Assembly: GCA_963753165.1 (NCBI GenBank) | Contig: CAVWBP010000009.1 | Span: 58,013-122,012 of the forward strand | Reading direction: 5' to 3' | Origin: Thermodesulfovibrionales bacterium | GTDB taxonomy: Bacteria > Nitrospirota > Thermodesulfovibrionia > Thermodesulfovibrionales > SM23-35 | Length of the DNA stretch: 64,000 nt | Shown: positions 37,404 to 48,206 of the stretch, in pieces | Layout: each line of letters begins with the position of its first letter | How positions within the stretch are numbered: position 1 is the first letter of the stretch | The notes under the pieces: model-generated | Told to the model about the DNA's origin: nothing | What the model saw: the letters and a program-made list of their open reading frames with translations, nothing else | Databases searched by the model: none | Translations under genes and position numbers: made by a program

Positions 37404-38699
37404 TCAGCGCTCAAGTTTTGCACGAAGGTGTTCAATTTCCTCTTTCAATTCTATCATCCTGAGTTCCCTGCCGATAGCCATGTTATAAAATTCCTCAAGC
37501 TCCTGAATTCTGTCCTTCAATTCTGTTTCTACCCTTTTCCTTTCGGTTACATCACGGACAAAGGCCCACATAGCACTGGGCTTCCCTTCTTCATCCTTGA
37601 GCAGATAAGTCCTCAGTTCGACAGGGAAGACAGTGGTATCTTTCCGGATATATTCTTTTTCGTACACTTCGGAGTATCCTCTCTGCACTACCTGGTTCTG
37701 TATGATCTTGTCTTCAGCCGCATGCCACAAATCCGGCGTTAAGTCGCTGTACATTTTTTGTCTCAGTTCTTCTTCAGTATATCCGAGCATGCCCCTGAAG
37801 GTTGAATTCGATTCAATAATCCGTCCCTCCATATCAGCCATTATATAGCCGTCCCTGCTCCCCTCATACAATTCGCGATATCGTCTTTCGGAGTCCTGAA
37901 GCCCTTTTTCCGCTGCTTTTCTCTCGGTTATATCTAAAAGGGACGCTACTCGTTTTTTCGTTCCGGGAATGATTGCAACAGTGACAAAGATATTTCTTAC
38001 CGTTCCCGCTCTGTCAATGAAATGAAATTCGTACTGTGCCGGTACCAGGGACGGATCTTTCCCCCTCAGGGCATGGTATTCTTGCATCTGTGCAAGATCT
38101 TCCCGCGCGATGAATTCTGTCCACTTTTTCCTGCCTTCGGTTTCTCCTTTGGAATAACCGGAAAGGGTTTCCCCTTCCCTGTTTATGAGCATAACCGTCA
38201 TCGTTTCATCAAAAATTATCGTTGCAGTTCCCGTGTTTTCAAAAATCGCACGGTAGAGATTTTCAGACTGCCTGAGCGCCTCAAGCGCCAGCCGGCGTTC
38301 GTGGCGTATCTTCGCCTCACGCAATTCCCGTGTAACCGCGGGCACAAGTCTCGCGAGGTTCTGTTTCATGATACAGTCGTGCGCTCCGGCCCTCATGACC
38401 TTTACTGCTTCTTCCTCGCTGATGGCGCCGGTAACCAGGATAAACGGCAGGTCGAACCCTGTTTCCTGAAGGATCCTCAACGCATCGAACCCGCTGAACC
38501 GGGGCATCGAAAAATCAGAGATTATAATATCCCATGCCTTCTGATGAAGCAGTTCTTTCATTGACTGGGCCGAATCGATGCGCTCGGAAAGCGGGCTGTA
38601 CCCTCCCTGCTCTAATTCTCGGAGTATCAGCAAGGCATCGTCTTCGGAATCTTCAACAAGCAAAACTCTGATCGGGGTTTCCATTTTTCCTCCCGGCAA
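37404..38699 (-). CDS. REC-PAS-PAS protein with C-terminal coiled coil
   Basis: Receiver 'RVLLVEDSEDD...IIISDFSMPRFSG'. The first PAS is paralogous to that of 36228..37382 ('FENTGTATIIFDE...ASLLDITERK'). Confidence 0.85.
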   Translation of the reverse strand: MPGGKMETPIRVLLVEDSEDDALLILRELEQGGYSPLSERIDSAQSMKELLHQKAWDIIISDFSMPRFSGFDALRILQETGFDLPFILVTGAISEEEAVKVMRAGAHDCIMKQNLARLVPAVTRELREAKIRHERRLALEALRQSENLYRAIFENTGTATIIFDETMTVMLINREGETLSGYSKGETEGRKKWTEFIAREDLAQMQEYHALRGKDPSLVPAQYEFHFIDRAGTVRNIFVTVAIIPGTKKRVASLLDITERKAAEKGLQDSERRYRELYEGSRDGYIMADMEGRIIESNSTFRGMLGYTEEELRQKMYSDLTPDLWHAAEDKIIQNQVVQRGYSEVYEKEYIRKDTTVFPVELRTYLLKDEEGKPSAMWAFVRDVTERKRVETELKDRIQELEEFYNMAIGRELRMIELKEEIEHLRAKLER

Positions 38700-38743
38700 T
38701 GAGAAAGACCTCTCAGGACTTCAGGTCCCGTGCTCTCTCAGGG

Positions 38744-39193
38744 TTATAATTTTGTTCTCTTTGGCAGGGGTTCGTTGAACACAAGCCAGTATAATCCGAG
38801 TTGCTTGACCGCATTCATGAACTGGTCGAAATCCACCGGTTTCCTGATATAGCTGTTTGCGCCGAAGGTATATCCGTTGATCACATCCTGTTCCTCCCGT
38901 GAGGAAGTGAGAATAACAACGGGAAGAAGTTTTGTGCGCTCGTCGGCCCTGAGTTTTCTCAGCACCTCAATCCCGTCGATTTTGGGAAGTTTCAGATCGA
39001 GGAGGATAAGCTCGGGCATACCGGCAGTGTCACGTCCTGCATAGGATCCGGTACCGAACAGGAAATCGAGCGCTTCAACGCCGTCACGCGTAACCACTAC
39101 CTCATTTGCGATATTGTTCCTCTGCAGCGCCCGGATGGTCAGATCAACATCATCGGGATTGTCTTCAACCAGAAGGATGATTTTTTTGTTCAT
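38744..39193 (-). CDS. single-domain response regulator (REC)
   Basis: 149 aa with 'ILLVEDNPDD' and 'LILLDLKLPKIDG'. Confidence 0.88.
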   Translation of the reverse strand: MNKKIILLVEDNPDDVDLTIRALQRNNIANEVVVTRDGVEALDFLFGTGSYAGRDTAGMPELILLDLKLPKIDGIEVLRKLRADERTKLLPVVILTSSREEQDVINGYTFGANSYIRKPVDFDQFMNAVKQLGLYWLVFNEPLPKRTKL

Positions 39194-39264
39194 AACGCTC
39201 CCCTATACAATAGAAATGATACCAGTATTCTGGAAATAGTCCAGTCTTTTTTGTCTGTCTGAGA

Positions 39265-42150
39265 TCAGGTGCGGTTATGCACTTCCCTGGAGGGAAGGGT
39301 AAAAAAGAAGGCCGCTCCTTTATCGAGAGTCCCTTCTGCCCAGATACGGCCGCCGTGGCGGTTCACAATGCGCTGAACGATTGCAAGCCCTATTCCGGTG
39401 CCGGGGAACTCGTCCTGCAAATGCAGCCGTTGAAATGCTCCGAATAATTTGTCGGAATAGGTCATATCAAAGCCTGCTCCATTATCACGCACACAATATG
39501 CCTCTTCGCCCCCATGGTCTGCCCTCCCGAATTCTATCCTCGCGTCTTCTGTCTTTCCTGTGAATTTTACTGCGTTTCCAAGGAGGTTTTCGAACAGAAT
39601 ACGGAGGAGTCCGGCATCTCCGGGGGCAAATATCCCCGGTTGGATATTCCATTCTATCTGCCGTTCCGGCTGCATGTCCCCAAGGTCCGCAGCAATGGTG
39701 TTTGCCAATGCGCTGAGGTCAACCAGCTCATGCCGCATCTCTCTCCGGGAAACCCGCGACAGGCTCAGGAGATCGTCGATCAACTGGCCCATGCGCTGAC
39801 TTGCATTTCTCACACGGTGAATGTATTTCCTTCCCTCCTCATCGAGTTTGCCGCTATAGTCCTCCAGCAACATCCGGCTGAAACCGTCTATGCTCCGCAA
39901 CGGCGAACGGAGGTCGTGGGAGACTGAATAACTGAATGATTCAAGCTCTTTATTGGCCGCTTCCAGTTCAGCCGTGCGCTCCTGTATCAGTTCTTCAAGG
40001 TGCTCACGGTATCGCTTCAATTCTTCTTCGGCATGTTTCTGCTCCGTAATGTCCCAGAAAATACCCAGGATACCCGTCGTATCGCCTTGCTCATCTCTCA
40101 GCGGCGTTTTCACGGTATAGACAACATATTCTTTCCCTTCGTGTATATATTTCTCCTCGATCGCCTCTGCCCTTCCTGATTTGAGAATGCGCCGGTCATC
40201 TGCACGGTACTTGTCTGCCAGTTCCTTCGGGAAAAAATCGTAATCTGTTTTTCCGGTGAAGTCATCCGGTGTTATCCCTAAATCCCTTGCAAAGCTCTGG
40301 TTGCATGATACATATACAGAATGGATGTCCTTTGAAAATATTTTCTGTGGAATATTTTCGAGCAGTGTCCGGTATTTTTCCTCGCTTATTCTCAGCGATT
40401 TTTCCGCCTGCCTGAGGTCCGATATGTCAGTGCCTGTTCCTATGAGAAAATCCCGTTCGTCCATCACGAGATGCAGCCCGGTAAATAAATAAGAGGTCTT
40501 GCTCCCGTCCTTCGCAAGAAGATGTGCCTCAACCGTCGAATAGCCCTTGATGAAGGCTTGCTGTATCCGCTCTGCTACCAGTTTTTTCTCTTCTTCAGAA
40601 AAGAAATCAAGGGGCTCCATTTTTGAGATTTCTCCCGCAGAATATCCGGTAAATATCTCGTAATTTCTGTTCCATCTCACAAAGCGACCGTTTCTGTCAA
40701 AGAGATAAAATACCCCCGGCATGCTGTTGATCGCGGTATCCGAAAACTGCTTTTCCCGTATCAGGCTTTCTTCCGCCTGCTTTCGTTCGGTGGTATCACG
40801 GACAATATGCTGATAAAACTTTTTTCCTTCAATTTCTATGACCCGCGCACTTACCTCAGCAGGGAATCTCGTGCCGTCTTTCCTCTGATGGATCGTCTCA
40901 AAAACCAGTCCGTTCTGCTCCTCTGCCTGTTCCATCTGCTGCTCAAGGAACGGCCGCGTTTCAGGGGATCTCAGGTCTCTCAGGTGCAACCGGACTAATT
41001 CATCACCGGTATACCCATAAGACAGTGATGCCCGTTCATTCGCCTCAATAATCCTGAGGTTGTTATCTGAGAGCAGAATAATATCATTCGCATATTTTGT
41101 GAGGTACTCGAAATGCTGCAATAAAGCAAGCCGTTTCAATTCTGCTTCATAGCGTTCCTGATAAAAGATAGCGCCCTGGTGCCGCCAGATAAGTCCGATA
41201 AACCCTCCCGCAGCCAGGATCATGACGCTTACGAGAATGGTCGTGATCCACAGCCGCTGCCGGACCGGGGCATAGATTTCCTCCTGATCGACCTTGGCAA
41301 TAAGAAACCACGGAGAATCCGGTATATGTTTCAAGGCTGCAATTACCGGAACCCCGCGATAGTCATCGCCCTCGACAATTCCTTCCCTGCCGCGGACAGC
41401 CATTGCTGCGGGGAGGTTCTGTTCGGATAGCGGAAACCTGAGCGTAAGCGCGGTATCTTTTCTGTGGCGGAGTTCATTGAGAAATACCACGTCACTCCCT
41501 TCACGGCGAACCAGGATTGTTTCGGCGCTTTTACTCGGCGTTGGCCATGACTGGAGAAGCGGATAGAGAAACTGAAAAGGATCGACCCGTAACAGGAGAA
41601 CCCCTGTCGGTTCACCCCCCGGCTCTCCGGAAACGATTAAAGGAATCACAACGGTGAGACGGATAACATTCTGAATTTTGCTTTTATACAGGCTTGAGAA
41701 TATGATTTTCTTTGTGCGTATTGCCTGGGCAGTGAGCTGTCTTGCATCAGGCCCCAGGACTTCGTTTCCGCCAGGCACCGCAAGCCGGATATCCCCCTCA
41801 GAATCAAGGAGGACGATGCTTTTATACTGGTAATATTCCTGAAATGATTGAATCCGCAAAAATATCTTCTGTTTCAGTCCAGAATCTTTTCCCTGAAACC
41901 ATTCCCGCACATGCAAGGCAAAAAAGGGGTCTTGCGAGAGAATCTCTCCGTCGCCAATCCTTTCCCTGCGCCAGTCGGTGATCTGTTTCACTTTCAGGTC
42001 GGCGATTGCAAGAAGGTCTTCCTGTTTGTCCTTCTGTATGCTCTCCTTTTCCGTATGGTAATAATAATATCCTGCAGCCCATATGTTGAGGGAGAGCACA
42101 AGAAAAGTAAGGAGAAGGTACCAGGGGATTTTCTGCTTACCTTTTTTCAT
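39265..42150 (-). CDS. sensor histidine kinase with periplasmic sensor domain, three PAS modules, HisKA and HATPase_c
   Basis: 961 aa. Two TM segments flank a ~270-aa extracytoplasmic domain. H-box 'SHDLRSPL', and 'DNGAGF...GTGIGL'. Confidence 0.9.
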   Translation of the reverse strand: MKKGKQKIPWYLLLTFLVLSLNIWAAGYYYYHTEKESIQKDKQEDLLAIADLKVKQITDWRRERIGDGEILSQDPFFALHVREWFQGKDSGLKQKIFLRIQSFQEYYQYKSIVLLDSEGDIRLAVPGGNEVLGPDARQLTAQAIRTKKIIFSSLYKSKIQNVIRLTVVIPLIVSGEPGGEPTGVLLLRVDPFQFLYPLLQSWPTPSKSAETILVRREGSDVVFLNELRHRKDTALTLRFPLSEQNLPAAMAVRGREGIVEGDDYRGVPVIAALKHIPDSPWFLIAKVDQEEIYAPVRQRLWITTILVSVMILAAGGFIGLIWRHQGAIFYQERYEAELKRLALLQHFEYLTKYANDIILLSDNNLRIIEANERASLSYGYTGDELVRLHLRDLRSPETRPFLEQQMEQAEEQNGLVFETIHQRKDGTRFPAEVSARVIEIEGKKFYQHIVRDTTERKQAEESLIREKQFSDTAINSMPGVFYLFDRNGRFVRWNRNYEIFTGYSAGEISKMEPLDFFSEEEKKLVAERIQQAFIKGYSTVEAHLLAKDGSKTSYLFTGLHLVMDERDFLIGTGTDISDLRQAEKSLRISEEKYRTLLENIPQKIFSKDIHSVYVSCNQSFARDLGITPDDFTGKTDYDFFPKELADKYRADDRRILKSGRAEAIEEKYIHEGKEYVVYTVKTPLRDEQGDTTGILGIFWDITEQKHAEEELKRYREHLEELIQERTAELEAANKELESFSYSVSHDLRSPLRSIDGFSRMLLEDYSGKLDEEGRKYIHRVRNASQRMGQLIDDLLSLSRVSRREMRHELVDLSALANTIAADLGDMQPERQIEWNIQPGIFAPGDAGLLRILFENLLGNAVKFTGKTEDARIEFGRADHGGEEAYCVRDNGAGFDMTYSDKLFGAFQRLHLQDEFPGTGIGLAIVQRIVNRHGGRIWAEGTLDKGAAFFFTLPSREVHNRT

Positions 42151-42204
42151 ACATCACCTCGCAGATCACCCTCCTGAAAACCGGCAGTTACAAAAAAACT
42201 GTAG

Positions 42205-43596
42205 TTATGACAAGGCTGTCTTGATTCCTCTCACGAGATGCTCAAAATCCTTTTTCATAATAGTCCGCGCATCGAGTATCAGGGCGTCGTCCTTGATTCG
42301 CGCGATGATTGCAGGGTTCCCTTTTCTTAAACGCTCTTCAAATTCGTTCACGGAAATGGTGTCAGACTGAATCGCAACCGCATAGGTAGGAAGGTCTATT
42401 TCCGGCAGGGCGCCGCCTCCCGCTCTTGAGCTATCGGCTATCACTTGTATCACCGCATTTTTTATCTCTTTCTTCAACCGCCCGGCAATGGTCTTTGCAC
42501 GCTTTTTTATCTCGTCAGGTTTCTGGAGGAGCATTCTGAGGGTAGGAATACGATGGATCACCTCTTCTTCGTCAATATATTCCGACAGGGTCGCTTCAAA
42601 CCCGGCAAGCGTGAGTTTGTCTATCCGCACTGCTCTCGTGATGGGGTTTTTCTGAATCCGCTCAATTTGTTCTTTCTTGCCGACAATAACACCCCCCTGC
42701 GGACCGCCGAGCAGTTTGTCCCCGCTGAATGTCGTAAAATCAACACCGGTCTTTACCACCTCCTGCACAGACGGTTCTATATGCACACCATACGGCCGCA
42801 TGTCAATAAGGCTCCCGCTGCCCAGATCGAACATTACCGGGATGTTCCTGTCTTTTCCAAGCTGAACGAGGTCCTCGATAGAAACCTCATCCGTAAACCC
42901 CATAATCCTGAAATTGGAGCGGTGGATTTTTGCGATAAGCGCAGTATTTTCATTGATCGCCCTCTCATAATCATAGAGGTGTGTCTTGTTCGTCGTCCCC
43001 ACCTCCCGGAGAATCGCTCCGCTTGCAGTCATCACATCGGGTATCCGGAACGACCCGCCGATCTCGACAAGCTCGCCCCGCGAGAGGATAACTTCTCTGC
43101 CTTTCGCAAAGGTGTTGAGGCACAGGAGAACGGCAGCTGCGTTGTTGTTGACGACAAGGGCATCCTCTGCGCCGGTAACCTCCCTGAGGATCCTCTTCAC
43201 ATGGACATACCGTTTGCCGCGCCTTCCTTCGTCGATATCATATTCAAGGTTGGAATAGCTCTCCGAAACCCTCCTGATATTTTCGAGCGCCCGTTCGGAA
43301 AGCACTGACCGGCCCAGGTTCGTATGGATAACCACACCCGTCGCATTAATCAGCGGCCTGAGGCTGTATGAGGAGAGGGTATCGAGTATGCCCTCTATAT
43401 CAGCGACCATTGTTTCCCCGGAGAGATTAACTGTCTTTCCCTCGATGATGTTTTTCCTTCTGATACTGATCCCTTCACGGATTGCCTGGAGAACATACCT
43501 GCGGGGATAATGTTTCACCCATTCAAGCCCCTGTTCGCTTTTCAGGAACTCATCCACAGAAGGCAGGGTTGATAAAAGTTTTTGCTTTTCGTTCAT
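42205..43596 (-). CDS. selA: L-seryl-tRNA(Sec) selenium transferase
   Basis: 463 aa with the PLP-lysine region 'FSGDKLLGGPQGG' and an N-terminal 'LPSVDEFL' SelA-type start. Confidence 0.9.
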   Translation of the reverse strand: MNEKQKLLSTLPSVDEFLKSEQGLEWVKHYPRRYVLQAIREGISIRRKNIIEGKTVNLSGETMVADIEGILDTLSSYSLRPLINATGVVIHTNLGRSVLSERALENIRRVSESYSNLEYDIDEGRRGKRYVHVKRILREVTGAEDALVVNNNAAAVLLCLNTFAKGREVILSRGELVEIGGSFRIPDVMTASGAILREVGTTNKTHLYDYERAINENTALIAKIHRSNFRIMGFTDEVSIEDLVQLGKDRNIPVMFDLGSGSLIDMRPYGVHIEPSVQEVVKTGVDFTTFSGDKLLGGPQGGVIVGKKEQIERIQKNPITRAVRIDKLTLAGFEATLSEYIDEEEVIHRIPTLRMLLQKPDEIKKRAKTIAGRLKKEIKNAVIQVIADSSRAGGGALPEIDLPTYAVAIQSDTISVNEFEERLRKGNPAIIARIKDDALILDARTIMKKDFEHLVRGIKTALS

Positions 43597-43685
43597 GTGT
43601 TTTCCTATTATATCAAAACACTCACATCAAAGGATTTCTTTTGCTTAATTTTTGACGCCTCATGATATGTTACAATAAAAAATCT

Positions 43686-45085
43686 ATGTTCCACGATATC
43701 CACGAAGAGTGCGGGGTATTCGGCATATACGGGCATCCCGAGGCTGCCAACCTCACCTATCTCGGGCTCTATGCACTGCAGCATAGAGGACAGGAGGGCG
43801 CGGGAATCTGCTCCTCTGACGGGAGGCAGCTTTTCATCGAAAAATCCATGGGCCTTGTTGCCGACATCTTCAGTGAAAAGAGGCTCAGGCGTCTTCCCGG
43901 CTACATGGCGATAGGGCACAACCGTTATTCTACCGCCGGCAGCAGCGTCCTTAAAAATGTTCAGCCCATTGTTGCGAATTTCGCTCTCGGAACGCTCGCT
44001 ATTGCGCACAACGGGAACCTCGTGAGCGCACCTGACCTCAGGGCGTCGCTCGAGGCGCAGGGGGCAATCTTCCAGTCATCTTCGGACAGTGAAGTGATTG
44101 TGCATCTCGTAGCCCAGTCCAAGGGCGCGGATTTCTATGAAAGAGTCGCCCATGCGGTAACCCAGATCAGCGGTTCTTTCAGCATGCTGATTCTCAGGGA
44201 AAAAGAACTCATTGCCGTACGCGATCCCTATGGAGTAAGGCCCCTGAGCCTCGGTATGAAAAACGGCGCGTATGTGGTTGCATCAGAGACCTGCGCCTTT
44301 GATCTCATCGGAGCGACGTATATCCGTGACATTGAGCCCGGCGAAGTGCTCATCATCAGTGAACGGGGGATTGAATCGCTCAAAATCCTGCACAGTCAGA
44401 GAAAGGCCTTCTGTGTATTTGAGTTCATTTATTTTTCGAGACCTGACAGCAATATCTTCGGCGGACAGAACGTGAACGAAATGAGGAAAGAATTCGGGAG
44501 ACAGCTCGCGCGGGAATCCCGCATTGATGCCGACCTTGTCATCCCGGTCCCTGACTCCGGCGTTCCTGCTGCGCTCGGTTTTTCCGAAGAGAGCGGTATC
44601 CCCTTCGACTTCGGGCTGATTAGAAATCATTATGTCGGACGTACGTTCATAGAGCCGAAACACAGCATCCGCCATTTCGGCGTAAAGATCAAGCTGAACC
44701 CTGTGCGGCAACTCCTCGAAGGGAAACGGCTTATCGTCATCGATGACTCAATTGTACGCGGCACAACAAGCAAAAAGATCGTCAAAATGCTCCGGGAAGG
44801 AGGACATGCAAAAGAGGTGCACCTGAAAATCAGCTCCCCCCCACCATCGGCCCCTGTTTTTACGGTATCGATACCCCGAACAGAAGTGAGCTTATCGCCT
44901 CCACCCATCTTCTCGATGAGATCAAGAAATATGTAACGGCTGATTCGCTTGCCTATCTCAGTCTCGACGGACTGAAGAAAATCGTGCCGAACTCGCATAA
45001 TTTTTGTACCGCCTGTTTTGACTGCGATTATCCCATCAGTTTTCCCGGAGAACATCACAAACAGATGGAATTTCTGTTTAAATAA
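43686..45085 (+). pseudogene. purF: amidophosphoribosyltransferase, frame broken once near the 3' end
   Basis: Propeptide plus 'CGVFGIYG' nucleophile and PRTase loop '[13 protein letters not shown]'. After a C7 run (44836-44842) the conserved tail '[17 protein letters not shown]...CTACFDCDYP' continues in the next frame to a TAA at 45083-45085. Confidence 0.88.
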
Positions 45086-45096
45086 GAACCTATCTC

Positions 45097-46221
45097 TTGT
45101 TCGAACGTATACTCAGAGACATATTCACAGTAAACCTCGGTGTCAAAAAACACGAACGGGTCCTTGTCTTCAACGACAGGGTATCCGGGAACGAAGAGGT
45201 GCATGAAGCTGATGGGGCAAGAAGAGCAATGCTCAGGAGTCTTGCACTCCTTGCAGCTGAAACAGGAAAGATTTTCTGTAAATCCATCGTGCATCATGAA
45301 TATAAGGCTACAGGGAATCACGGCGCTGAACCTCCCCTGAAACTCTGGGAACTCGCCTTCGGAAAAAAGTCTGTTGAACATTTGCAGCATGAGCGCCTTC
45401 TCCGTCCCCTCCTGAAAAAAACCGCTTCTGATACTGCCATGCAAAAGGCGGAGCAGATCATCAAGCAGTACAAGAACCATACGGTCGACTGCGTGGTTGC
45501 GCTCTCAAATTTTTCAACGAGTCATACCCGGTTCAGAGACTTCCTCACAAGAGTCTGCGGGTGCAGATATGCGAGCATGCCTCTCTTTGACGTCTCCATG
45601 CTTGAAGGCTCTATGAATATCGACTGGAAGGCACTTGCGAGGATAACGAAAACCCTTGCAGGTATCATAGACAAAGCCGAATATATTCATATAAAGACGC
45701 CGAACGGAACCTCTCTCTCTCTCTCGAAAAAAGGCAGGAAAGCCATCCCTGATACCGGAATTCTCACCAGGAGGGGCTCCTTTGGGAACCTTCCGGCCGG
45801 TGAAGTCTATATTGCACCGGTTGAAGGGACAGCAACAGGCAGGTTAGTGCTTGAATGGGCTCCGACCAGACAGTTGCTCTCTCCGATAACCCTCCTGATA
45901 AAAGACGGTTTTGTTGTTGAGGTAACAGGCGATGAGGTATATGTCACCTATCTCCGCAAGAAGCTTGCCGAAAAAAAGGAGAACGGGAATATCGCAGAGC
46001 TTGGTATCGGAACAAACAGTGCTGCGAAGCGGCCTGACAATATCCTTGAATCGGAGAAGATACTCGGCACTATCCATATCGCGCTGGGGGACAACAGTTC
46101 CTTCGGCGGAACAGTCAAGACACCGTTTCACCAGGATTTTGTATTTTTTAAACCAACGGTAACCCTTGTGCTTGGAGATGGACGCAAACAAATAGTGCTC
46201 AGGAACGGGAAATTGCTCTAG
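45097..46221 (+). CDS. aminopeptidase (M29/AmpS-like family)
   Basis: 374 aa. 'GNLPAGEVYIAPVEG' and 'ELGIGTN...GTIHIALGDN' resemble thermophilic-metalloprotease-type aminopeptidases. The call comes from these motifs only. Confidence 0.62.
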   Translation: MFERILRDIFTVNLGVKKHERVLVFNDRVSGNEEVHEADGARRAMLRSLALLAAETGKIFCKSIVHHEYKATGNHGAEPPLKLWELAFGKKSVEHLQHERLLRPLLKKTASDTAMQKAEQIIKQYKNHTVDCVVALSNFSTSHTRFRDFLTRVCGCRYASMPLFDVSMLEGSMNIDWKALARITKTLAGIIDKAEYIHIKTPNGTSLSLSKKGRKAIPDTGILTRRGSFGNLPAGEVYIAPVEGTATGRLVLEWAPTRQLLSPITLLIKDGFVVEVTGDEVYVTYLRKKLAEKKENGNIAELGIGTNSAAKRPDNILESEKILGTIHIALGDNSSFGGTVKTPFHQDFVFFKPTVTLVLGDGRKQIVLRNGKLL

Positions 46222-46301
46222 GGACAAAACCGGTCAAAAATAATGCCCTGCTCAAGAAAGACTGTTCAGCGTACCACTCTTTCTGCTAAAATGCACCTGA
46301 T

Positions 46302-48182
46302 ATGCGATATATAATCCTTGGCACCGCAGGCCATATCGACCACGGGAAAAGCGCCCTTGTAAAGGCCCTTACGGGAATCGATCCCGACAGGCTGAAGGAA
46401 GAGAAAGAGCGCGGCATCACGATTGACCTCGGTTTTGCAGACCTTACCTATCCCGATGGTCTCACGGTCGGGATCGTGGATGTTCCCGGCCATGAAAGAC
46501 TTGTGAAGAACATGCTCGCCGGCGCCGGTGGCATCGACCTTGTCATTCTCGTTATCGCTGCCGATGAAGGAATCATGCCGCAGAGCCGTGAACACCTCCA
46601 CATATGCAATCTCCTGAAAATCAAATCCGGCCTCATCGTTATCACAAAAGCCGATCTTGTAGAAAACGACTGGCTTGCGCTTGTTCAGGATGAAGCAACA
46701 AACTTTGTAAAAGACACTTTCCTCGAAGGCGCTGAGATTATTCCCGTTTCCTCAAAAACTATGATGAACATTGACCTTCTGAAAGAAAAGATCCATCAGC
46801 TTGCGCTTACCGTCGAGCCGAAGCCCACCAAGGGTCTCTTCAGGCTGCCGATTGACAGGGTTTTTACCTTAAAAGGATTCGGGACGGTAATTACGGGCAC
46901 AGCCGTCTCCGGAAGTATCTCAGTAAATGACGAGGTAGAAATACTGCCGACGAATATTCAAACCAAGGTCCGGGGGCTTCACAGCCATGGCAAAGCAATA
47001 CAGACAGCCTATGCCGGCCAGCGGGTGGCTATAAATCTGCAGGGAGTTGAAAAAGAGGCGTTGAGGAGGGGAGATGCCGTTGTCGTTCCGAAACGATTCA
47101 TTTCCACAAGGAAAATAGACGCAAAGGTTGAATTATTGAAGAATGCTCCGCCCCTGAAGAACAAAAGCCTCGTCCATTTCCACCTCGTCACCTCAGAGAC
47201 CATAGCGCGCGTTATCCTGTACGGGAGAAACGAACTGAAAGCAGGGGAGCAGTGTTATTGTCAGTTCAGACTTCAGGAATCTGTCATCGCCATGTCCGGG
47301 GACCGTTATATCATACGAAGGTTTTCTCCGGTCGACACAATCGGCGGCGGGGTAATCATTGATCCCCTCCCTTTCAGAAGAAGCATGAAAGAAGGTCTCG
47401 ATGACCTGCAGGTCTTCGAAACAGGCACCCTGTCTGATAAAATCGCCATAAAGGTAAAACGGGCCGGGATATATGGAATCTCTCTGTCAGTGATAGAAGG
47501 CTGGATCCAGGCAGAAATTCCTTCGATCAGGAAATCCGTCTCGCTACTCAAAGAGCGCGACATCCTGAAACAGTTTGAAGACTTTCTTGTTCATGCCGAT
47601 ATCTTCGATCAAGCGAGAGAAAAAGCCGTTCGCATTCTCTCCGATTTCCACAAGAAAAACCCCCTGAAACCCGGTATGCCCAAGGAGGAACTCAGGGCCT
47701 TGCTGAAGATCGAACCGAGACACTTCGGCAACTTTATCTCTGCGGTAAAGGAAATAGTGATTGACAAGGAATTAGCCCGCCTTGCCACATTCAGGCTTGC
47801 ATTGTCCCAGGTTGATGAAACAGTCAAAACAAAAATTCTGGAACTTCTTGAAAAATCCGGCTTCCAGCCGCCAACCAGGGAAGAACTCGGCACGTCGCTG
47901 AAGATTGACCAGAAACACCTGACGGATATCCTTAAGCTTATGGCAAAGGAAGGAAGCCTCGTCAGGATCATCGATACGGTCTATGTCACTGCTTCCGTGC
48001 ACCAGAAAATGATCGAGTGCCTGAAGAGCTTCTACTGCAAGAAATCCGATATGACCGTAGCTGAATTCAGGGACATCCTCAACACCACACGTAAATATGC
48101 CCTCCCCTTCCTTGAATACCTCGATTCCAATAAAATTACTCTTCGGGTTGGTGACATAAGGAAATTCCTGCTCAAGGAATAA
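46302..48182 (+). CDS. selB: selenocysteine-specific translation elongation factor
   Basis: 626 aa with GTPase motifs 'GHIDHGKS', 'DVPGHE' and 'TKAD', followed by a long C-terminal winged-helix extension typical of bacterial SelB. Confidence 0.9.
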   Translation: MRYIILGTAGHIDHGKSALVKALTGIDPDRLKEEKERGITIDLGFADLTYPDGLTVGIVDVPGHERLVKNMLAGAGGIDLVILVIAADEGIMPQSREHLHICNLLKIKSGLIVITKADLVENDWLALVQDEATNFVKDTFLEGAEIIPVSSKTMMNIDLLKEKIHQLALTVEPKPTKGLFRLPIDRVFTLKGFGTVITGTAVSGSISVNDEVEILPTNIQTKVRGLHSHGKAIQTAYAGQRVAINLQGVEKEALRRGDAVVVPKRFISTRKIDAKVELLKNAPPLKNKSLVHFHLVTSETIARVILYGRNELKAGEQCYCQFRLQESVIAMSGDRYIIRRFSPVDTIGGGVIIDPLPFRRSMKEGLDDLQVFETGTLSDKIAIKVKRAGIYGISLSVIEGWIQAEIPSIRKSVSLLKERDILKQFEDFLVHADIFDQAREKAVRILSDFHKKNPLKPGMPKEELRALLKIEPRHFGNFISAVKEIVIDKELARLATFRLALSQVDETVKTKILELLEKSGFQPPTREELGTSLKIDQKHLTDILKLMAKEGSLVRIIDTVYVTASVHQKMIECLKSFYCKKSDMTVAEFRDILNTTRKYALPFLEYLDSNKITLRVGDIRKFLLKE

Positions 48183-48206
48183 GAAGGGGTTACCGACTGC
48201 CGGTAC

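Noticed and set aside
42445-43308. 287-aa plus-strand ORF inside selA
   Set aside because: It is antisense to selA, which has its PLP-lysine motif present. The translation is not protein-like.
45055-45480. 141-aa Cys-rich minus-strand ORF ('CFSCKECKTPEHCSSCP') overlapping the start of the aminopeptidase gene
   Set aside because: It was tempting as a metal-binding protein. However, the plus-strand frame is continuous with the conserved aminopeptidase C-terminal domain and begins 12 nt after the purF stop. The antisense ORF has no RBS and would collide with purF's corrected 3' end.
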